Source: Octopus bimaculoides (Eukaryota). Taken from it: a stretch of 32,925 nt of DNA. The notes under the pieces were generated by a model. The model saw only the letters and a program-made list of their open reading frames with translations. It did not search any database and had not been told where the DNA came from. The stretch is taken from positions 44,345,696-44,378,620 of the forward strand of contig NC_068992.1 in assembly GCF_001194135.2 (NCBI RefSeq), written 5' to 3'. The position numbers and the translations under genes are program-made. Every line of letters begins with the position of its first letter. Within the stretch, counting starts at the first letter, position 1. This document shows positions 23,705 to 32,925 of the stretch, piece by piece.

Positions 23705-23960
23705 CTTTTCTACTCCAGGCACGAGGTCCGAAATTTTGGGGAGGAGACTAGTCCATTAGATCTACCCCAATACGCAACTGGTAACTAATTTATTGACCTC
23801 GAAAGGATGAAAGGCAAAGTCGACCTCGGCGGAATTTGAGGTCGACTTCGCCTTTTATCCTTTCGGGGTCTATTAATTAAGTACCAGTTGAAGACTGGGT
23901 CGATGTTGTCGACACATCCCCATCACCAAAAACGGCTGCCATTATGGCAAAATTTGAACC
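23705..23960. mobile_element. Two SINE 3' halves fused head-to-head (fold-back)
   Basis: Left arm CTGGTAAC...GAAAGGATGAAAGGCAAAGTCGACCTC (23778-23827), loop GGCGGAATTT (23828-23837), right arm GAGGTCGACTTCGCCTTTTATCCTTTC...GTACCAG (23838-23887). Weaker homology extends outward on both sides. Confidence 0.8.
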
Positions 23961-24754
23961 CATTATGATTATTATTTTTAAGGCAGCGAGCTGGCAGAAT
24001 CGTTAGTAATAATAACAATGCTCTTTATTATCCCCAAATGTCCCTTGGTGATACAATAAAACTATGTACATGGAAGTAGAAATCCATGTACAGTGGGGTT
24101 AAAGTGGAGACACTGAAATGTTTAACAACTGACAAAAAAAAGATGTTCTTGTTTTTCTCTGGCTATTTAATTATTATATGTACTCTATGGTTATTAGAGC
24201 ATCATATGATTATGGTTATAGTAACACAGATAAATATTTTTCTTTGTATTAGAGTGTCATAGAACATAGGGAGTATAAAGTGTTATAAATCGGCTCTTAA
24301 ACAGGCGCATTAATAACACGCGCGCACATACCTACCTACCTGTCTATCTGCCTACATACATACATACATACATACATACATAATATACATACATATGTGC
24401 ATGCTTTGAGGTTTCGCCTCCATGATTTTACATCAGCAAAGTCATGGATCGAATTTTCAGAACTGACAATGTCCTCAGAATAAAATTACTTGCTAATATT
24501 CTGCATAGCTTTTGTTAGTCTTTGTAATGTAGGGACCCCTGGCGGCTACGACGGCAAGCAAAACGGAAAAAATGATTTAACGAGAGTAATCTCCCTCGAG
24601 GTTCTATAATGTTCGAGACCTTTCTGGAAGCTTCCGGTTTACGTGGAAGTCAGGGACTTCCCGTCCATCCCTTATATAAAGGAAGAAATTCTAAATTCGC
24701 GCCACTCCATGTCTGTCTTTAAAATGCCTCGAGCCAGTATTAAAGGAGATTAAA

Positions 24755-25070
24755 TACCTGGCAAGAGGTACCAGGTACCAGGTTCATAACAATTGAAGCA
24801 CGGTTCGAGTCGGCTGAGAAGGTCAGGGATTTCTCGACTCGAACCGTGCAAAATGGGAATATTCTGCTTCTTCCCTTGTATTTGGGCAGAAGAATATACC
24901 GCCAGAGGTAAAGGCGGCATGGATAGCAGCTACCATTCTCTTCGGCCGGGAGGAGAAGATAAATATCATCCAAATCACCAGAGATGCTCCGCAAAACTGG
25001 AGGGGTCAAACTCTGGAGATCCTGGCCCAGGCAACTTTTAAGGATTTAGAAAACCTCCCTGAGACCATAC
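24755..25070 (+). mobile_element. Second LINE ORF1 remnant, homologous to 22900-23490
   Basis: LLLPLYLGRRI/PPEVKAAWIAATIL...QNWRGQTLEIL aligns by eye with LHPSYLERR...IPPKVNLWRIL...KNWSGISG. Confidence 0.45.
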
Positions 25071-25269
25071 ACAATGGGGAGGAGAAAAGAGAGAACCAAA
25101 AGTCCAAGAGAAAGGAAGAAAGATACGAGGAAGAGAAGGAGTATGGTATTATGTAACGTACCCAAAAAATGTTGAAACAGAGAAAAAAATTTCTTTATTC
25201 TTAGTTTTAATAATGATTCACCCAAAAACCTTAAGAGGGTGAGGAAAAACATTCGATTTTATGATGCAG

Positions 25270-25400
25270 TAGTTTACTGGTATTTGTACTTATTTTTGCG
25301 AGCTCAAAAGATTGAAAAACAAAGTCAACTTCAGAGGAATGCGAACTGAAAAAGGGCTTTCAAGCATTTTGTCCGACGCTCTGATTATTCCGCTAAAAGA
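25270..25400 (-). mobile_element. Highly diverged tRNA-derived SINE
   Basis: CAAAAGATTGAAAAACAAAGTCAACTTCAGAGGAATGCGAACT...AAGCATTTTGTCCGACG is a decayed version of CGAAAGGATGAAAGGCAAAGTCGACCTCGGCGGAATTTGAACT. Confidence 0.5.
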
Positions 25401-25679
25401 ATATTTCTATCTTGGTAAAGTTAGCCTTGCTCTCATTGAATGAATATATTTATATAACAGTGTGGGCTGTACTGTACACACACACACACACACACAAGTA
25501 CACTTTGAGACACTGGCATAAACGAAAACACACACGCACACACACATGTTGTTTGCGTTTCGTGAATCTACGTGTGTGCGTGTGTAGTAGTGGGGGAGTG
25601 GAGGTTAACAACCTTTAAAATGAAGTTATAATAATGTCAAGGCTAGATGTGTGTGCATATGTATACGTGTATGTGTGTG

Positions 25680-25722
<43 letters not shown>

Positions 25723-26618
25723 NNNNNNNNNNNNNNNNNNNNNNNNNNNNNNNNNNNNNNNNNNNNNNNNNNNNNNNNNNNNNNNNNNNNNNNNNNNNNN
25801 NNNNNNNNNNNNNNNNNNNNNNNNNNNNNNNNNNNNNNNNNNNNNNNNNNNNNNNNNNNNNNNNNNNNNNNNNNNNNNNNNNNNNNNNNNNNNNNNNNNN
25901 NNNNNNNNNNNNNNNNNNNNNNNNNNNNNNNNNNNNNNNNNNNNNNNNNNNNNNNNNNNNNNNNNNNNNNNNNNNNNNNNNNNNNNNNNNNNNNNNNNNN
26001 NNNNNNNNNNNNNNNNNNNNNNNNNNNNNNNNNNNNNNNNNNNNNNNNNNNNNNNNNNNNNNNNNNNNNNNNNNNNNNNNNNNNNNNNNNNNNNNNNNNN
26101 NNNNNNNNNNNNNNNNNNNNNNNNNNNNNNNNNNNNNNNNNNNNNNNNNNNNNNNNNNNNNNNNNNNNNNNNNNNNNNNNNNNNNNNNNNNNNNNNNNNN
26201 NNNNNNNNNNNNNNNNNNNNNNNNNNNNNNNNNNNNNNNNNNNNNNNNNNNNNNNNNNNNNNNNNNNNNNNNNNNNNNNNNNNNNNNNNNNNNNNNNNNN
26301 NNNNNNNNNNNNNNNNNNNNNNNNNNNNNNNNNNNNNNNNNNNNNNNNNNNNNNNNNNNNNNNNNNNNNNNNNNNNNNNNNNNNNNNNNNNNNNNNNNNN
26401 NNNNNNNNNNNNNNNNNNNNNNNNNNNNNNNNNNNNNNNNNNNNNNNNNNNNNNNNNNNNNNNNNNNNNNNNNNNNNNNNNNNNNNNNNNNNNNNNNNNN
26501 NNNNNNNNNNNNNNNNNNNNNNNNNNNNNNNNNNNNNNNNNNNNNNNNNNNNNNNNNNNNNNNNNNNNNNNNNNNNNNNNNNNNNNNNNNNNNNNNNNNN
26601 NNNNNNNNNNNNNNNNNN

Positions 26619-26661
<43 letters not shown>

Positions 26662-26671
26662 ATATAAGTGT

Positions 26672-27577
26672 GTTCCCCTGCATGGAGAGACAACATCAGC
26701 CGATAAGGAACCCGCCAAGAAGTACCTTGAGACCTTCAGACAGATCAACGAGGACAAGGGATACAAGCCAGAACAGGTTTTCAGTATGGACGAGACCGGC
26801 CTGTTCTGGATGAAGGTGCCTTCCAGAATGTACATCATAAAGGACGAAGCTAGAGCCCCAGGATTTAAGGCACAGAAAGATAGAGTGACGCATTGTTGCT
26901 GGCTTCACGATGAAACCAGGACTTATCTACAAGTCCGCGAACTCGAGGGCTGTCAAAAATAAGAATAAAAACCTGCTGCCTGTCACTGGATGTACAGCCC
27001 CAAGGCTGGATTACCAAAAGTCTAACTTTGAATTGGTTCTGCCAATACTTCATCCCTCAAACCAAGGAATACCTCCAAAACATATACATGGAATTCAAGG
27101 TGTTGCTTGTTATGAATAATGCTAGTGGTCTCTCTTTGGATTTGAATCACGAGAGAGTCCAAATCGAATTCCTCTTTGCTAACACCACCTCCCTCATCCA
27201 GCCTATGGATCAAGGTGTGATTCATGCCTTCAAGGCACTTTATACTCAGATCTCCACCCCAACATCTTGTGGACGCAATGGATTCAGACGAGAATTTCAA
27301 GTTAAAGGAGTACCGGCGCAAATTTACGATCGCAATGTGCCTCTCAGTCATCCACGCTGCTCTTAAAAACATGATAAAAGAAACCTTCATCGCATGCTGG
27401 AAGAAGGTGTGGCCAGAGTGTTTCCAGGACTACGAGGGCTTCTCACCTGGTCAACAATGCGGTGAAATTTGCAAAGGTACTTGGTGGCAAAGGTCTTGAC
27501 GACATCACGCAAGATGAGGTCAACAGCCTCATCGATGAAACCTGACGAAGATTTGTTAGAGTTAACTAAGTCTGCCA
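26672..27577 (+). mobile_element. Tigger/pogo (TIGD1-like, DDE_1) transposase pseudogene
   Basis: LHGETTSAD, EQVFSMDETGLFW (first D), GFKAQKDRVT, KVLLVMNNASG (second D mutated to N), NTTSLIQPMDQGVI (third D) and CWKKVWPEC, split over frameshifts. Confidence 0.88.
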
Positions 27578-27764
27578 ATAAAGGATTGTTTTCTCTCCTT
27601 TTTCTTTCTCTTCTCTTTTCCTTCAACTAATCACGGAAATTAGTTTCATGGAAAGATGAAACATTGCTTACAAGAAATCCTAGGTCCAACACACCTAGGA
27701 TTTCTTTCACCCTGGTATTGTAATTTCTGCTGGCCAGCTTGTAAAGCGTTGAAGAAGAGTCTTG

Positions 27765-28030
27765 AAGGATAGTGTCGGAAAATAGCGTTGGCGGACAACA
27801 TTGGCTGACAGTTGGATGACAGTGCAAGAAGGTAGTGTTGGAGGATAGTACTAGAGGATAGTATTGAAAGACAGTGTTGGAGGACAGAATTGGATGACAG
27901 TGTTGGTGGATAGAGTTGGGAGAAAGTGCTGAAGGATAGAACTGGAGGATAGTGTTGGAGGACAAAGGTGAAGAATAGCTTTGAAGGATAGTGTTGGATG
28001 ACAGTACTGGAGGAGTGTGGAAGGATAGAA
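27765..28030. repeat. Degenerate minisatellite, unit about GGATAGTGTTGGA
   Basis: Repeated GGA(T/C)AG(T/A)(G/A)TTGGA variants at about 16-18 bp spacing. Confidence 0.7.
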
Positions 28031-28713
28031 TGTTTGAGAGAAGATTTGTTGATATGTTAACGTGTGTGTCTGTGTGTGCGTCATGTATACAGAATCATAG
28101 ACAGGTTGTAATGAGAACAAAATGTATGTGTGCATAGGCATGAATGTATGATTGTGCGTTAAGTACATATAAGAATAGCAAGGAAGAAGGAAACAGTGAA
28201 AGAATCTATAATGAGAAGTTAGACGAATCTTCATGAACACAAGAAATGAGAAATGCCAGTTCATAGTCAGTTGTACACGGTAGTTGAAGTACTGTATCAA
28301 GAAGCTGTGGCGATGATGCTGAGCCGGTGCAGTACGTGTCGTACGAAGTTGTGGCTGTAATGCTGTTACCTGGGTCACTTGTACAGGAGTTTTCACAGGT
28401 TGTATATTCGCTGTTTAACCATGGTGAAGTAATTCACGAACAGTTCTTCTATGTTGGAATATATGCAGGGTTGCTTGAGCTGTGTACGTAGAGAAATGAT
28501 GTTGATGGCGTTAAGTAGATGATGGTGGTAACAAAGACGGGGGTTGCCGTAATGCTGTTGGACGGGTCGTCTGGCATTGTTGCTGGCACTGGCAGTGTCT
28601 TGTGTGGTCAGTGATTAGACCTTAAAATATCTGGAACCAAAGACCTCGAGACGAGGTGAAGGTGAGTTTCGTAAGGAGTATTAGGCTCAAACGAGGTTGA
28701 AAACAGGCTGTTT

Positions 28714-28860
28714 CACGTGATCTATTTAGGGGCTCCGATTGGTTATACGTTGCATATTGGTGCGACAGAGTAAGGGACAAATTGCGCCAATGCCAACCAA
28801 TCAGAGTAGTGGAGACAACGGGGTCTAAATAGCGGCCAAAGGCTAGTTGTTATCTCCTAC
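28714..28860. promoter_or_regulatory. Candidate divergent promoter: E-box, outward-facing CCAAT boxes and TATA-like elements
   Basis: CACGTG 28714, CTATTTAG 28722, ATTGG 28738 and 28756, CCAAT 28787 and 28797, CTAAATAG 28825. Confidence 0.35.
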
Positions 28861-28887
28861 GTTCAAATGCTTGTATATATAATAAAG

Positions 28888-29125
28888 GTGAGAGGAATTT
28901 CACACGTGTGTACGCTACACGTTCAATGAGAGTTTTACTAACTTTTTTAGGATCTGCAGTAAGTACTCGCTTGAGACCAGAGGTTTAATTTAGGTTGCAC
29001 TGTGTCTTTCTTTTGCGTAAATACAAAAGGCTTTGGGTCAGTTTCTGTTCTTTCATTTTTATGGGAGTACTATATTTTCGATATGTCTGTCAGAGACATT
29101 ATCAATTAGTTGCTTTCTTTTACAG
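28888..29125 (+). other. Candidate spliceosomal introns around an 8-nt micro-exon
   Basis: AAG|GTGAGA donor at 28888, TACTAAC at 28936-28942, TTTTTTAG acceptor at 28950, exon GATCTGCA at 28951-28958, GTAAGT donor at 28959, TTTCTTTTACAG acceptor at 29125. Confidence 0.4.
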
Positions 29126-29301
29126 TTTCTTCACGATGTTTTAAGCCACGTGACGACTTATTTTCGTCTCGTGAGAATTTTCCTTTGAAAACCACCGAAC
29201 TTTCTCACTGGAGCCTGTTTAATTTGTATAGCTTCCATTATTATACACACACGCATGCACACACTCATATATATATGTTTATATATATGTGTGTGTGTAT
29301 G

Positions 29302-29338
<37 letters not shown>

Positions 29339-29499
29339 ACTCTTCCGTCGAAGACGACGTATGAATGAGCATAAACCATTTACCGAACTACCTGCATAAA
29401 TGATTTGTTTATAGTGACATGTGCTGTAGATTAGCTCACTCCCTCAATCAAATCGACGTTGCCTGAACAGGTGCACTGTGTCCCACGCGTCAGATGTCG

Positions 29500-29597
29500 A
29501 AGTGATCGTAGAGCAATATATAATGAAGAGTTTAACTCAGGAACGCAATGCACTACCCAGACCAGGAACACCATAACCACTAGGCCACGTGACCGAT
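29500..29597 (-). mobile_element. SINE head fragment; the element may extend to ~29330
   Basis: CTCAGGAACGCAATGCACTACC...ACCATAACCACTAGGCCACGTG resembles the reverse complement of a tRNA-like SINE head. Confidence 0.4.
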
Positions 29598-30174
29598 GTT
29601 CGGTCAAGCCTGAACTTTCTTTCTTGGTTCGACTACCATCCGTGTAGCATCTCTTATATTCCTTCCCATGACTTTCATCTTCCATGTTCCTGCCGTAAGG
29701 CTTCACTTCCACATATGCCAGCTCAATTTAATTCGTCCTTAGTCGAAATATACCTGTTGTTAATGTCCTGTTGTTTGTATTTGTAACTGTGTACCATTTC
29801 TCCGTTCTATTTCATCCTTGTTTTTATATACACTCGCTTGCTGTCTTCCAAAAAATCTAGTGCTCTTAGCTTAGATTTTCTTGGGGCCTGTAACTCTCGA
29901 GAGTTACAGGCGGAAACTGCAAAGACGATCTGGTACTCGACTGAAGATTAAAACCTCCGAATGACCCGTCCTTAGACCGATGTCGTCCCCTTTTATTCTG
30001 CAGTACCAATGTATGAGTGTATATATATATATATATNNNNNNNNNNNNNNNNNNNNNNNNNNNNNNNNNNNNNNNNNNNNNNNNNNNNNATATATATACA
30101 TACATACATACGCACACACACATTTATGAATTTGTGTTGCAAGATTACTCATGTGAAATCGTATGTTGGAAAAG

Positions 30175-30386
30175 ATATTGTTATACTTCGGGATGGTCAT
30201 TTCTGTTTTTGCCAAAGAAACACATGCACTATATATATATTCATTCTTCACTCGTTTATTAATGTTCATATTTTATCTTATGTCCATTGTCTGGAATAAT
30301 GATAAACGAGTGAAGAACGAATATATAATGCATGTATTTATTTTGCCAAAAAGAAAAAATATGATCATCCCGAAATATAACAATAT
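30175..30386. mobile_element. Fold-back MITE with ~90-bp imperfect inverted arms
   Basis: ATATTGTTATACTTCGGGATGGTCAT...TTCTTCACTCGTTTAT pairs with ATAAACGAGTGAAGAA...ATGATCATCCCGAAATATAACAATAT across a spacer of ~35-40 nt. TA dinucleotides at both ends are compatible with a Tc1/mariner TSD. Confidence 0.75.
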
Positions 30387-31226
30387 ACATATATAGTTTT
30401 GTTGAAAGTGAAAGTTTGTTTTGCGATTCGAATTTCAACCCGCTACGATTTTCAGGCAAGAACTGTTGCAGTTCAATATCAGTGGTGTATTTATGTCCTT
30501 TGATGTGAATCCGTGTGTGAGTGGTCTAGTACTTGTGCTTGTTCACTGGTTTGTGTTTCGCGTTTATTAAGTACAGTTTTTCTGCCCTCTTCGTTGATTG
30601 GTTAGGTTTTATTTTTGTGATGTGTTGTTTGTATTTCTTGTAATTGGTGTCAGGATGGTGTGTTATTTGTTTATGATCTGTTGGAAAGTTGGTGACGGGG
30701 AACTAAATCACATGTGTGTGTACAAATATATGTATATATACATGTATGTGTGTACACACACACACACACACAAACATTCATGAAAGAGGGACAAACAAAA
30801 AGAGAGAGTGAGATGGAGATATTAGAGGTACACGTGTCCGTGTACTTACGCTAGCATCGTGTTTATGAGTGAATACCTCCTAATCCTGATTATCCTCCCA
30901 CTATCACCACTGTTAATCCTTCCTCAATGCTAACTCTGCACCATAGACATCACTTGTTGCTACGTCTATCAATAATATAAATGATGATGATGATGGGGAT
31001 AATGATGATTGCATCTTATTTATATACACAGGTGCTGGGTGTAGAAGGAGATGTATCCTTCATGACCTTGCTGCTGTAAATAAAATAGTTCCCGCTTGAG
31101 AACTGAAAAGGAATCGTGCTTCTAATTCGTCAAGAAGTTATCCCCGTCCCTACCACGGCCTCTCTTCTCTCGTCACAACAATATCACAGAATACTACTAC
31201 TACTACTACTACTACTACTAAAAATG

Positions 31227-31276
<50 letters not shown>

Positions 31277-31277
<1 letters not shown>

Positions 31278-31900
31278 CCCTGATGCAGTACCAGGTAGTG
31301 GCTCTCGTGGCTTTTGATCTTAATTGATTGGAAGTGTTATTATGTACATTGATTTGTCTTGGTGTAAAAGATGGGTTACAGCAAATATTCTGCTCAATAC
31401 AACAGACTTGCTTGTCACTTGTTTGACCGTAACCAGTTGAGCATGTCCCTTGGTGGCTGACGATATGTGCATCTCTGATCACGAGCAGAAGTAGTGGGAG
31501 AGTATCATAGCCATGTTGTTGAGAGGAATTCTTTGAGGTTTGAATAATTCACCTTTGGAAACATGGGTGTTTTGTTCAACATCCTTAAACAAACCTTATT
31601 CAGGGACCTTTTGAGCGGGATAGGCTACTCGACCTGAAGAAAATTCTAACTGGGCCCCACCTGCAAGGTCATGCACTGTTTATCTTGATATGAGATCACC
31701 ATGTCGCGCACATATGGTTGTGATGCATGTGCCTGGTGTACCCTTATCAGACAGGTNNNNNNNNNNNNNNNNNNNNNNNNNNNNNNNNNNNNNNNNNNNN
31801 NNNNNNNNNNNNNNNNNNNNNNNNNNGTCATGATAGGTATATTGAGCTTCGTATATTTTATCCCAGTGTCACTTTGATGGCATGCACTGCTCTCTCACTC
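31277..31900. mobile_element. ~620-bp non-coding element flanked by (AAT)n on both sides (probable interspersed repeat)
   Basis: Sharp boundaries at AAT runs (31226-31276 and 31901-31981), GC richer than its surroundings, no recognisable ORF. It contains a 70-nt N gap. Confidence 0.5.
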
Positions 31901-31916
31901 AATAATAATAATAATG

Positions 31917-31981
<65 letters not shown>

Positions 31982-32830
31982 TGTACTGTACAAGCACTTG
32001 AGAATGAATGAAACTGAAAATAGGTGGATAAAGAAAAGAATGCACGAACAATTTCATAGGGATGTTGAAGATAAGACAGGCAAAGAAAACAGATGATTAA
32101 AAGTGATTTAAAACCGGAAACGGAGACTCTAATCTGTGCTGCCCAAGAGCAAGCATTAAGAGCGAATTACATCAAATACAGAATGGACAATACATCAGAA
32201 AGTGATGAGTGCAGAATTTGTGAACAAAATAGTGAAACCGTGTGGCATATTACCAGTCAATGTACGCCACTATCCCAGAAAGAATATAAGAGACATCATG
32301 ACAATGTAGTAAGGATTGTCCATTGGACACTTTGCAACAAGTATGGACTTGATGGAGTAAAAGAGTGGTACGAACATAAACCCGAAGGCATCATTGAAAA
32401 TGATAATGCAAAAGTCCTATGAAATTTTATGATTCAATGTGGCCGTGAAATAGAGAATTGGAAATCAGACATATGGTTAATTGAGGAAGAAAGCAAACGA
32501 TGCTGACAAAAAAGGTATGCGATAAGGAAGAAGTAAAAGTCGATAAATACAACAGGTTAGCTTGGGAGGTTAGGCAGTTGTGGTCGCTGAAAAAAGTGGT
32601 AGGAGTATTAATAATTGTCGGAGCCCTGGGAACAGTGAGTAAAAATCTTGAGATGTACATGAAACAAATAGGGTTTGCAATAAGGGTGGAGCACTTGCAG
32701 AAAACAGCACTGCTTGGAACCGCTCGAATACTCCGGATGGTGCCCCTCAAACAAGGGGTATTACCTTAGTTCACTGGTAGTGAACAGCTGACACCGTAGT
32801 ACATCTCCAGCGTTAGAAGCTGAGCAAAGA
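31982..32830 (+). mobile_element. 5'-truncated R4/Dong-clade non-LTR retrotransposon (CCHC finger, REL endonuclease, 3'UTR)
   Basis: ETETLICAAQEQAL, CRICEQNSETVWHITSQC (CCHC), RHHDNVVRIVHW (RHD motif), KSDIWLIE (PD-D/ExK region), IIVGALGTV and LQKTALLGTARILR, with stops and frameshifts. (AAT)n lies directly upstream and an (AAC/AAT)n tail runs 32831-32925. Confidence 0.88.
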
Positions 32831-32868
32831 CAACAATAACAACAACAACAACAACAACAACAATAACA

Positions 32869-32925
<57 letters not shown>

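Larger units (their letters stand above)
1802..31826. other. Assembly gaps (N runs)
   Basis: N runs at 1802-1811, 2933-3284, 4428-4923, 5963-6686, 7635-7772, 14165-14730, 15462-15471, 23503-23540, 25723-26618, 30037-30089 and 31757-31826. Most are bounded by microsatellites. Confidence 0.95.

Noticed and set aside
2791-26962. Long ORFs in the supplied track that span N runs or (GT)n/(GA)n/(AT)n repeats
   Set aside because: They stay open only because of Ns and dinucleotide repeats. Only their Helitron and Tigger tails are real coding remnants.
29935-29975. CTGAAGA...CCGAATGACCCGTC, hammerhead-like
   Set aside because: No GAAA and no stem II or stem I pairing.

Overview
Repeat-dominated eukaryotic DNA with roughly 10% N gaps. 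The SINE families and extreme microsatellite load suggest an octopod cephalopod (Octopus-like); this is my recognition, not a database result. I found no intact protein-coding gene, tRNA/rRNA gene or CRISPR array, and nearly all supplied ORFs are microsatellite or N-gap artefacts. The window is a transposon graveyard: R4/Dong-type REL retrotransposon 3' ends at both window ends, five L1-clade (Tx1-like) LINE fragments, an RTE/BovB-like endonuclease region, a Penelope-like (PLE) RT/GIY-YIG fragment, a Helitron PIF1 helicase remnant with its 3' terminus, mariner and Tigger/pogo transposase remnants, a hAT MITE with a perfect 8-bp TSD, a fold-back MITE and several tRNA-derived SINEs. The most interesting signals are (i) three, possibly four, structurally different hammerhead-ribozyme-like motifs of the PLE terminal-repeat type, (ii) several element types docked on (AAT)n microsatellites, (iii) recurrent head-to-head inverted TE pairs that could form dsRNA, and (iv) a CCAAT/TATA-like divergent promoter module followed by a TACTAAC intron and an 8-nt micro-exon. 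All translations and alignments were done by eye, so boundaries are approximate unless stated as exact.
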